Shown here: in pieces, positions 47,792-54,992 of the stretch
How positions within the stretch are numbered: position 1 is the first letter of the stretch
Layout of the letters: each line of letters opens with the position of its first letter
From: Dehalococcoidia bacterium
Lineage (GTDB): Bacteria; Chloroflexota; Dehalococcoidia; UBA2979
DNA: 54,992 nucleotides
NCBI GenBank assembly: GCA_050486345.1
Contig: JBJHDC010000003.1
Span: 371 to 55,362 of the forward strand
Reading direction: 5' to 3'
The notes under the pieces: generated by a model
Seen by the model: only the letters and a program-made list of their open reading frames with translations
What the model was told of the DNA's origin: nothing
Databases searched by the model: none
Program-made: the position numbers and the translations under genes

Positions 47792-49194
47792 GCTGCCACC
47801 TCCAGGCTGACCGGCGGCACTTCCAGGTGCCAGGTCGTTGTCAGCTGGTAGGCATGAGCAGTGCGAAGCACCGTGGACTCCGCAAACGGCTTCCCGGCAA
47901 TCTGCATCGCGAGGGGCATGTGCGTCTCGTTGCTAAACCCGCACGGCACCGTAAGTGCCGGCTGTCCGGTGACGTTGAACGGGAACGTGAAGATTGGACT
48001 CAACACCAACATGTCCGGCGACATGTCCGCAATCAGGCCAGCCGGTGCCGGAGCGGTGGGGGTGACCAGCACATCCAGGTCGACCATCGCTCGGGCCATC
48101 TCCTTCCGCCAGTAGGTGCGGAAGCGCTGGGCCTGAACGTAGTCGCTGCCGGTGTAGAACGCCCCCCGCGTCAGGGTCGTGCGGGCGAATAGCCCGTAGT
48201 CATCCCGCCGCGTCTGCAGGTCTCCGAGATGGTACGCAAGCGACTCGCAGTGCATGGTGATCAACCCGGCAATCTGCGCCTTCTCTGCGTGCGGAATGAA
48301 GATCTCCTTGACGGTCGCTCCCGCATCGCGCAGGTGGCCAACCGCCGTCATCACCGCTTCTTTCACCTCGTCCGTCGCTGACTCGAACCAGAAATTCATC
48401 GGCAGGCCAATACGGAGGCCCTCCACGCCGGTATCGATCGAATCCAGGTACGCCTCAGTGGGGACATCCGCGGCGAACGGATCCGTCTCGTCGTATCCCG
48501 CAATGACGCTGAGCATGGCGGCGCAGTCCCAGGCGCTCCTCGCGTGGGGTCCGATGTGGTCAAGGCTGTACCCGAGCGGAACGCAACCGGACTTGGGGAC
48601 GCGACCGAACGTGGCCTTGAGCGACGTATGCCCGTTTGCGGCCCCGGGCGCGCGAATCGAACCACCGGTGTCGGTACCGAAGCCGCAATATGCCATTCCC
48701 GCGGAAACGGCGATGCCAGTGCCCGAGCTCGAACCAGCAGGGCTGCGCTCGGGATCCCACGGGTTGCGGGGCATCGGCCACCCCTTCTCGACATCGGGCA
48801 GGCCACAGGCGAACTCGCTGAGGACCGTCTTCCCCAGGTGCACGGCGCCAGCCTCGCGCATCCGAGCTACCACCGGCGCGTCCCAACCAGTGCCCCATTC
48901 CTGATCGAATGCCAGACTGTTGGCAGTGGTGGGTGCATCTCTGGTGGCGATGATGTCCTTCGTGCAGTAGGGAATCCCTTGCATCGGGCCAAGGTCGATA
49001 CCCGCGGCGAACTGGGCATCCGCCGCTGCCGCCTCGGCGAGCGCAGAGTCCTCAGTGACTGCGAGAAACGCACCCAGCTGTGGATTCAGCGCCTCGATTC
49101 TCGCAAGCATCTCTTCGGTGATCTGCGTGCTGGTAAGTGAGCCACCCCGAAGCGCCGCAGCGGCTTCCTGGATAGTCAGTGGGAGATCGGTCAT
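47788..49194 (-). CDS. GatA-like amidase (AS family), type II paralogue
   Basis: Start MTDLPLTIQEAAAALRGGSLTS. Motifs CTKDIIATRDAPTTANS, AGSSSGTGIAVSAG and GTDTGGSIRAPG are present. Confidence 0.9.
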   Translation of the reverse strand: MTDLPLTIQEAAAALRGGSLTSTQITEEMLARIEALNPQLGAFLAVTEDSALAEAAAADAQFAAGIDLGPMQGIPYCTKDIIATRDAPTTANSLAFDQEWGTGWDAPVVARMREAGAVHLGKTVLSEFACGLPDVEKGWPMPRNPWDPERSPAGSSSGTGIAVSAGMAYCGFGTDTGGSIRAPGAANGHTSLKATFGRVPKSGCVPLGYSLDHIGPHARSAWDCAAMLSVIAGYDETDPFAADVPTEAYLDSIDTGVEGLRIGLPMNFWFESATDEVKEAVMTAVGHLRDAGATVKEIFIPHAEKAQIAGLITMHCESLAYHLGDLQTRRDDYGLFARTTLTRGAFYTGSDYVQAQRFRTYWRKEMARAMVDLDVLVTPTAPAPAGLIADMSPDMLVLSPIFTFPFNVTGQPALTVPCGFSNETHMPLAMQIAGKPFAESTVLRTAHAYQLTTTWHLEVPPVSLEVAA

Positions 49195-49236
49195 TGGTAT
49201 CTCGATTCTGATCCGGCACCGGTAGTGCGTTCATAG

Positions 49237-50649
49237 TCAGGCAGGAATGGCAGCCGCGATGGGCGAAACCTCCAGGTGCCACGAGGTCTGCCGCTGGTAT
49301 GCATCCGCGACCTTGAACACGGTGGCTTCAGCAAACGGCTTCCCGACGATCTGCATCGACAGCGGAAGATGTGTCTCTGCACTGAAGCCACAGGGGATTG
49401 CCATCGCCGGTTGACCAGTCATGTTCCATTGCCCCGTGAAGCCGGGTCCGAGCATGTGCGTCCCCGTGTCGATCTCGTCACGCAGCGGGGCCGGTCCCGG
49501 CGAGGTCGGCGTCACCAGCACATCAACTGTGCGCATCACCTGCGCGACGGCACGCTGGAAATACGTACGGAATCGTTGTGCCTGCACATAGTCACTGCCT
49601 GTGAATAGCGCTCCGCGTGTAATCGCCTCTCGTGCGAACTGCCCGTAGTCCGACCAGCGTGAGATCAGGTCCTCGCGGTGAATCGCGAAGGCGTCACACG
49701 CCCAGGTGATCGAGTTCGCTTCCTTCGCCTCTGCCGCGTGTGGAATTGCGACCTCAACAACCTCGGCCCCTGCCTCCCGAAGGACATCGAGTGCACGGAG
49801 TACCGCTGCCTTCGTCTCTGGCTCTGGTCCGGGATTCTCGAAGAAATACTCAATGGGCACGCCAATCCGGAGGCCACTGACATCACCATCGAGCGCTGCA
49901 AGGTAGTCATCGACTGGAACCTGTGCCGCGAACGGGTCGGACTCGTCGTAGCCGGCGAGCACCGAAAGCATTGCCGCGCAGTCCCATGCGCTGCGAGCGT
50001 GCGGGCCGATGTTGTCGAGACTGAATCCCAGCGCCACACAACCCGATTTCGGTACCCGTCCGAACGTCGCCTTGATCCCAGAGTGCCCGTTCATCGACGC
50101 CGGGCCCCTGATTGAACCACCCGTATCTGTCCCCAATCCTGCGAGGGCGAGACCCGCCGACACAGCGATCCCGGTACCGGAACTGGAACCCGCGGCGCTG
50201 CGCTCCAGGTCCCACGGATTCTTCGGAGTCAGGAACCGCTTCGTCGCGTCCGGCAAACCGCAGGCGAACTCGCTGAGAATTGTCTTCCCCAGGAGCACCG
50301 CACCGGCAGCACGCAGACGTGCAACCACCGGGGCGTCGTAACCTTCTCCCCATGCGGGATCGAGCACCACGCTGTTTGCCGTGGTTGGCGCATCTCTCGT
50401 TGCAATGATGTCCTTCACGCAATACGGGATGCCTTGAAGCGGTCCGAGGTCCACGCCTGCCGCGAACCGTGAATCAGCCTCAGCTGCCTCAGCGAGCGCC
50501 GTTTCCGCCGTCACAGTGATGAACGCACCCAGCGTTTCGTTGAGCGCGCCGATCCGCCCAAGGTACTCGCGGGTCAACTCGACGCTGGTGAGGTCACCGT
50601 TGCGAAGTGCCGCAGATGCCTCCTGGATTGTGAGTGGAAGATCACTCAT
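49237..50649 (-). CDS. GatA-like amidase (AS family), type II paralogue
   Basis: Start MSDLPLTIQEASAALRNGDLTS at ATG 50649, with GGAG upstream. Motifs CVKDIIATRDAPTTANS, AGSSSGTGIAVSAG and GTDTGGSIRGPA are present. Confidence 0.9.
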   Translation of the reverse strand: MSDLPLTIQEASAALRNGDLTSVELTREYLGRIGALNETLGAFITVTAETALAEAAEADSRFAAGVDLGPLQGIPYCVKDIIATRDAPTTANSVVLDPAWGEGYDAPVVARLRAAGAVLLGKTILSEFACGLPDATKRFLTPKNPWDLERSAAGSSSGTGIAVSAGLALAGLGTDTGGSIRGPASMNGHSGIKATFGRVPKSGCVALGFSLDNIGPHARSAWDCAAMLSVLAGYDESDPFAAQVPVDDYLAALDGDVSGLRIGVPIEYFFENPGPEPETKAAVLRALDVLREAGAEVVEVAIPHAAEAKEANSITWACDAFAIHREDLISRWSDYGQFAREAITRGALFTGSDYVQAQRFRTYFQRAVAQVMRTVDVLVTPTSPGPAPLRDEIDTGTHMLGPGFTGQWNMTGQPAMAIPCGFSAETHLPLSMQIVGKPFAEATVFKVADAYQRQTSWHLEVSPIAAAIPA

Positions 50650-50701
50650 TGCTGTCTCCTCTAGTCCTTGCCTGCGTCCGACCATGTCGACCGGAACGTC
50701 T

Positions 50702-50890
50702 CTACACCTCGGCTGAGAAGATGAGTGCAGGCTCTTCGTAGCGAGTCTCAGGGAGATAGAGGGAGTCAGCTCCTTCCCGCATCTTCGGGTAGATCCGCTT
50801 GTACATCTCGATCTCTTCTTCGCTCAGGTCTAACCCGGCGATCTCGAGCAACACCCGAACCTGTCGATCAATCTCTGCTTCGCTCAGCAC
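50702..50890 (-). CDS. 62-aa helical protein, GatC/AtzG-like candidate small subunit for the downstream amidases
   Basis: The GTG start has AAGGAG 7 nt upstream. The sequence is (M)LSEAEIDRQVRVLLEIAGLDLSEEEIEMYKRIYPKMREGADSLYLPETRYEEPALIFSAEV. It aligns with the N-terminal extension of the AmdA-like amidases (IGANVGEEEAEQYRPYL). Confidence 0.65.
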   Translation of the reverse strand: MLSEAEIDRQVRVLLEIAGLDLSEEEIEMYKRIYPKMREGADSLYLPETRYEEPALIFSAEV

Positions 50891-50942
50891 TGAAATCTCC
50901 TTCTTCCTGCCCGTTCAGCGGCAATCTTCCTCGTTGCATTGA

Positions 50943-50969
50943 GGGGAGCAGGGCAATGCCCTGCTCCCC
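50943..50969 (-). terminator. GC hairpin between the SBP gene and the small ORF/amidase operon (terminator or attenuator)
   Basis: GGGGAGCAGGGC-aat-GCCCTGCTCCCC, a 12-bp perfect stem. It lies 10 nt after the SBP stop on the minus strand and has no clear U-tract. Confidence 0.45.
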
Positions 50970-50978
50970 AACCGCGCA

Positions 50979-52655
50979 CTAGTCGTCAGCCACCCACACC
51001 TCGGTGAGATCCTGTGACCATGACTGCGCCATTACGAATCCACGAACATTCGGTGCGAGGACGCGGAAATTGAGGTCATGTGCGGTAATGATGAATGGGG
51101 CATCATTCGTCATCGTCGACTGCGCTTGCCTCAGCAACGCGAACTGCTCCTCCAGGTCGAAAGTCGAACGCGCCTGCACGAATAGGTCATCAAACTCGGG
51201 ACTGCTGTAACCGGAAGCGTTGCAGCATCCTCCCGGCGGGATCGCTCCCGTGGTGTAGAACTGCAGACCGAACGTCGTTGGCCCCGTAGAACCGAGCGAG
51301 ATGTGGATCGCGTCGTAATCAGACCACGCGGGGTCACCAAAACCAGCTCGATAAGCCGTAATGATGTTGTTCCACTCGTAGGCCTGGAGTCGTACTTCCA
51401 CCCCGATTGCTGCCAGATCCTGCTGCATCTTCTCGTTCATCGGACCAGGCCACATGTTCCCGGAACCGCCAGGCGGGTACGCGATGGTCATCGTGAACCC
51501 ATCCGGGTACCCGGCGTCTGCGAGAAGCTCACGCGCAAGATCCGGGTCGTACCGATAACCTTCGAACTCTGGATCGAACCACTGATGTCCCGGCGGCACG
51601 TACTGAGCAGCGGGAATACAGAGTCCGCTCAACAGCGCATCGCACAAGCCTTCGCGATCCATCGCGTAGTTCAGCGCCTGCCTGACACGGATGTCATCGA
51701 ACGGCTCCTTGTACGTGTTGAGCTGGTAGGTGATGACATGCGGGTAAGGGTTAAGCAGGATGTTGAAGCCCTGCGCCTCAAGCTGAGCGTACGAATCCGG
51801 CGGCGGTACTTCTGCCCAGTCAATCTGACCACTCTGGAGTGCTGCCAGGCGCGTGGCTGGTTCCGGCATGGGATAGAGGATGAGTCGATCGAGCTTCGGG
51901 CGCCCTCCCCAGTACTCCTCGTTCGCCTCCAGCTCCATCACCTGGCCATCGACATACCGGGTGATGCGGAACGGCCCCGTGCCGGATGCATGCTGAGCGT
52001 ACTCATCGTTGCCGTACTGCATGACAATCGTTGGGCTCGGGATATGGAGTCTGACGAACTCATAGGGCATGAACGACCATACTTCGTAGGTCGTCACCTC
52101 TACTGTGAAGTCATCGATCTTGGCGTAGCTTTCGATCAGATTCACAGTGGCGCTGTTCGCGGACGCACTGATCGGATCGTAATACTCGAAATCACGATTG
52201 TGTATACGATCGAGCTGGAACACGACGGCGTCCGCGTTGAAGTCACTACCGTCATGGAACTTCACACCCTGGCGAAGGTTCAGGGTCCAGGTGAGCTCAT
52301 CGTCGCTGATTGACCATGACTCAGCGAGGCCCGGCCCTGGAACAGCCGCGGAATCAGCGGCGTTCTTCAGGTCCCAGTTGAAGAGAGCGTCGTACACCTG
52401 ATACCCAACGAAACGACCACCCTCGCCACCTTCGGTGGGAGGGGTGTTCGGAATCGGCACGTTCCCGGCGGACATTCCGATACGAAGCGTTCCACCGGAC
52501 CCAGAATCGTCCGTCGCTGCCCCGTTGTCGCCCCCAGAGGTGGGCGGAGCGGTGGCAGTCCCACCATTTCCGCTCCCGGCAGTATCCGAGCTGCCACAGG
52601 CAACCAGCGCTAGCGCGAGGAACGCAGCGAGCCCTAGTAGACTCAACCGTTTCAT
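50979..52655 (-). CDS. ABC transporter substrate-binding lipoprotein, family 5 (peptide/nickel/opine type)
   Basis: Lipoprotein signal MKRLSLLGLAAFLALALVACGSS starts at ATG 52655. The family-5 SBP core includes ...LRIGMSAGNVPIPNT... and WNLRQGVKFHDGSDFNADAVVF. No cognate permease or ATPase genes are adjacent. Confidence 0.85.
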   Translation of the reverse strand: MKRLSLLGLAAFLALALVACGSSDTAGSGNGGTATAPPTSGGDNGAATDDSGSGGTLRIGMSAGNVPIPNTPPTEGGEGGRFVGYQVYDALFNWDLKNAADSAAVPGPGLAESWSISDDELTWTLNLRQGVKFHDGSDFNADAVVFQLDRIHNRDFEYYDPISASANSATVNLIESYAKIDDFTVEVTTYEVWSFMPYEFVRLHIPSPTIVMQYGNDEYAQHASGTGPFRITRYVDGQVMELEANEEYWGGRPKLDRLILYPMPEPATRLAALQSGQIDWAEVPPPDSYAQLEAQGFNILLNPYPHVITYQLNTYKEPFDDIRVRQALNYAMDREGLCDALLSGLCIPAAQYVPPGHQWFDPEFEGYRYDPDLARELLADAGYPDGFTMTIAYPPGGSGNMWPGPMNEKMQQDLAAIGVEVRLQAYEWNNIITAYRAGFGDPAWSDYDAIHISLGSTGPTTFGLQFYTTGAIPPGGCCNASGYSSPEFDDLFVQARSTFDLEEQFALLRQAQSTMTNDAPFIITAHDLNFRVLAPNVRGFVMAQSWSQDLTEVWVADD

Positions 52656-52662
52656 CGGATGT

Positions 52663-52764
52663 AATCGATCGATTCGGGACGTGACCACGCGTATCCTCGC
52701 CTCCATTGAACTGTTTCGAGTGAACACAATCGAAACTAGAGGCGTCGCGTGATCGATCGGTCAC
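52663..52764. promoter_or_regulatory. cluster of palindromes upstream of the SBP gene; candidate operator sites
   Basis: Three elements: AATCGATCGATT (52663-52674, a perfect 12-bp palindrome); GTTTCGA-n10-TCGAAAC (52713-52736); and GTGATCGATCGGTCAC (52749-52764, a near-palindrome sharing the GATCGATCG core). Confidence 0.35.
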
Positions 52765-52928
52765 GGAGCAATGAAGATTGCGGGTCGCTCGGGCTACTCG
52801 CCAATCTCACTTCTGCATGCAAACGGTTGCAGGATTACTTCAGGTAGCCCTTTGGTTGTTCGCTGTTGCTATTCATGGGGCTCCTCATTACGGAGGGCCG
52901 ACAGCAAGCATCGAAGCGCCTTGGGACA

Positions 52929-54647
52929 TTACTGAGGTATCGGTGGCCGCGGATCGGACCCACGCGGGGGATCCTCCTCGTCATCGCGAGGGTCAGGTTC
53001 GCGCGGCGGTTCCGGCTCTCGCGTTGGTGCGGGTGTTGGCGTGGCGGTGACTGTCGCCGTCGGTGTGGCCGTGGGCGTAATCGTCGGGGTTACGACGGGG
53101 GTCGGCGTCGGTGACGGGCTCGGTGTGGGACTGGGTGACGGACTAGGGGTTGCGGGCGGCGTAGGCGCCGGCGTGGGCGGCGAGGGAGGAGCGATGCCCG
53201 GTGCGGGCGTGGGCGCTGCTGGCGGACTCGATGGATCCGCGAAGCCATTCGAGGGCCCCGTGGGCTGGCCCCCCGAACCTGATGGCTGGGTGAATCCGCC
53301 GATGGTTGGCGTCGGTGAGGGGGAGAAGCTCGGGTCCAGGAACCCTCCGATGGTCGGAGTGGGGACCACGGGTGTCTCGCCAACGGGCGTCTCAGTCGCT
53401 GGAGTTGGCGTCGTTGTGGTGATGCCGATCGGTGCGAGGTCCCCGCTCGGCGGGGAGACGGCGCCGCCACCGCCCGCATCCGCCCCGGCGCCCCATGGAA
53501 ACAGCCCAAGGAAGAACGCGGCGACCAGCGCGCCAAGGTACGGCACCATGCCATCCCACTGCCCGTGATGGCCCTCAGAACCTGCGGTATCGACCGTCCA
53601 GGCCCCGGCATCCTGTGGCGCAGCTCCGTCATCGGCGGCCTGCGTGCCAGCGAGGTCCAGACCGACAGCGGCAAGTGGCAGCGTCCCGCCGCTCACGGCC
53701 CTCGGCGCTCCACCACCGTGAATCACACGCGAAAGCCCGGGGATCCGCGCGAGCCCAGACGCGGCCCCTGTCGTCAGTGGCGCAAGACCACCCGTCGCGG
53801 TTCCGGCACCGGTGACTCCACCCGCTCCACCGGCCGTACCTGCTGCAGGGCTACCACGAGCTACCCAGCCAACGATGCGCCGGAAGAGTCTGGCACGGCG
53901 TCGCTGACGACGGTCACGCACACTTCGGATCGCGGTGCGCACGACGAAGGCGAATCCGAGGACCGCGATGAGCATCGCGGCGGCAGGCAGTAGGGCCCAG
54001 GAACCGAGAGCCCGTCCCTCCCTGAGCTCACGTGCGATCAGCCCGCTCATCAGCACCGCGATCCCGACACTCAGCAGCAGAGAGAGCGCGACCAGCACCC
54101 ACCACGTCGCGCCTGCGGTTGACCGGCGCGCGTGCCGCCGCCGGCGTTCCCACGGGGCGGTGTCCTGCAGGCGACCTGTCGCAACCTGACGCAGTACCAC
54201 CAACGGGACCGCGTCGAGGAGCGGCGGTCGTGGCGACGCACGTTCACCCTTCCATGGCCAATGCAGTCCCGAGATCCGCGCGGAGACCCGCTGGCCAGAC
54301 GCCGTTCGCGCGAACAGCGCCCAGCCCTGCCCGACCACGATCGCCGAGGCGAGCGTCAGCATCGCGAGGCGGAGCCACTGCAGGGATTCGAGGTCGCCGC
54401 GTACCTCGACCGCCCCACGGATACCGACCACCAACGCAACGATCGCGAGCAGTCCAAGCGGGAACAGGAGGTAGGTGAGCCGGCTCATGAGCGGCACGCG
54501 TGCCACCACCGGCTCTGAGGCTGCCCAGTCAGGTCGCCATTCGGTTGCTTGGCCGTCCGTCCGCCAGCGATGCATGAGGTCATCAGCAGTCAGGCCCTCG
54601 AAGGCCAGGCCGTCTGTGCGGGGATACCCAGGCGAGGGGGCGTTCAT
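52929..54647 (-). CDS. polytopic membrane protein with an Arg-rich loop and a long Pro/Thr/Ser-rich C-terminal tail
   Basis: 572-aa ORF with at least 5 hydrophobic segments. It has an RDRRQRRRARLFRR loop. The C-terminal roughly 190 aa are PT-rich, with PTPTIGGF repeated twice and the tail ending in an acidic/Pro stretch. Confidence 0.6.
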   Translation of the reverse strand: MNAPSPGYPRTDGLAFEGLTADDLMHRWRTDGQATEWRPDWAASEPVVARVPLMSRLTYLLFPLGLLAIVALVVGIRGAVEVRGDLESLQWLRLAMLTLASAIVVGQGWALFARTASGQRVSARISGLHWPWKGERASPRPPLLDAVPLVVLRQVATGRLQDTAPWERRRRHARRSTAGATWWVLVALSLLLSVGIAVLMSGLIARELREGRALGSWALLPAAAMLIAVLGFAFVVRTAIRSVRDRRQRRRARLFRRIVGWVARGSPAAGTAGGAGGVTGAGTATGGLAPLTTGAASGLARIPGLSRVIHGGGAPRAVSGGTLPLAAVGLDLAGTQAADDGAAPQDAGAWTVDTAGSEGHHGQWDGMVPYLGALVAAFFLGLFPWGAGADAGGGGAVSPPSGDLAPIGITTTTPTPATETPVGETPVVPTPTIGGFLDPSFSPSPTPTIGGFTQPSGSGGQPTGPSNGFADPSSPPAAPTPAPGIAPPSPPTPAPTPPATPSPSPSPTPSPSPTPTPVVTPTITPTATPTATVTATPTPAPTREPEPPREPDPRDDEEDPPRGSDPRPPIPQ

Positions 54648-54656
54648 CGCGGTCCT

Positions 54657-54992
54657 CTAGATCTCCGGCTCGTCGAACTCGTCCTCATTCGCCACCGCCT
54701 GCGCGTGCGAGGACAGGAATCTGTAGTCGGTCTCATCTGACTGCGCCGCAGTCTCTCTCGGTCGGCTGGCCTCGCTCAGGTCGACAAGGGTCGACGGTTC
54801 GTCGTCAGGCCCGACCTCATACGAAGAAACCATGGCACTCCTCAATTCGACCGCGAGGTATCCAGCCTCTGCGTCGTCCGACGGTGGATCGAACGACTTG
54901 GCGAGGGGCTCAATGATGTCGGCCTTGTTCATCCCCGAGACGTCCCCCGGTGACTCACCTGCCAGTTCGTCGTTCGGCGTCCCATCCAGTGG
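54657..54992 (-). CDS. highly acidic small protein (partial, or an ATG start at 54932), function unknown
   Basis: The 91-aa track ORF is rich in D and E. The frame stays open upstream to the window edge (PLDGTPNDELAGESPGDVSG-MNKADII...). Its stop is 9 nt from the next gene's start. Confidence 0.45.
   Translation of the reverse strand, partial: PLDGTPNDELAGESPGDVSGMNKADIIEPLAKSFDPPSDDAEAGYLAVELRSAMVSSYEVGPDDEPSTLVDLSEASRPRETAAQSDETDYRFLSSHAQAVANEDEFDEPEI

Noticed and set aside
52929-53460. Periodic GC-rich DNA (GGCGTxGGxG-type repeats) considered as a tandem repeat or CRISPR-like array
   Set aside because: The periodicity is the codon-level reflection of the Pro/Thr/Ser-rich tail of the 52929-54647 ORF on the opposite strand. 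There is no repeat-spacer structure.

Overview
The window is visibly GC-rich (roughly two-thirds G+C by eye), bacterial, densely coding and GGAGG-type in its ribosome-binding sites. The style fits Thermomicrobia/Chloroflexi or Actinobacteria, but the taxon cannot be fixed from sequence alone. It reads as a metabolic accessory region, not a defence or phage island.

Gene content, in order:
- Four MFS transporters.
- An alpha/beta-hydrolase-domain protein.
- Seven amidase-signature (AS) amidases. Six of them lie in two convergent operons at 41.5-50.9 kb.
- A complete arginine deiminase operon in the order arcC, YfcC-type carrier, arcA, arcB.
- A sugar-acid catabolic cluster: HpcH aldolase, RidA, FAD oxidoreductase, DgoD-like dehydratase and an FAH-family hydrolase.
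- A NarL-type two-component system.
- A SigJ-like ECF sigma factor translationally coupled to an AhpD/CMD-family protein.
- Two MetE-C-terminal-like Zn alkyltransferase paralogues, each divergent from an MFS gene.
- A roughly 1010-aa secreted M6-like metalloprotease with three internal repeats.
- A family-5 ABC substrate-binding lipoprotein.
- A Pro/Thr-rich membrane protein.

Strongest leads:
1. A two-domain rhodanese has its catalytic Cys codon replaced by an in-frame TGA. A bacterial-SECIS-like stem-loop follows immediately. It is either a candidate selenoprotein or a nonsense pseudogene.
2. Four tandem GatA-like amidases are headed by a 62-aa ORF. That ORF aligns with the N-terminal extension of the two AmdA-like amidases on the opposite strand, giving a split-versus-fused architecture reminiscent of GatC/GatA or AtzG/AtzE.
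3. The catabolic ornithine carbamoyltransferase carries HPLP where OTCases have the HCLP motif.

The window also shows marked gene decay:
- an LLM oxidoreductase remnant;
- an FtsX permease with frame-preserving stop codons;
- an ABC ATPase truncated by a degraded IS481-like transposase.

This decay is the main alternative explanation for the rhodanese TGA. I did not recognise any tRNA, rRNA or CRISPR array.
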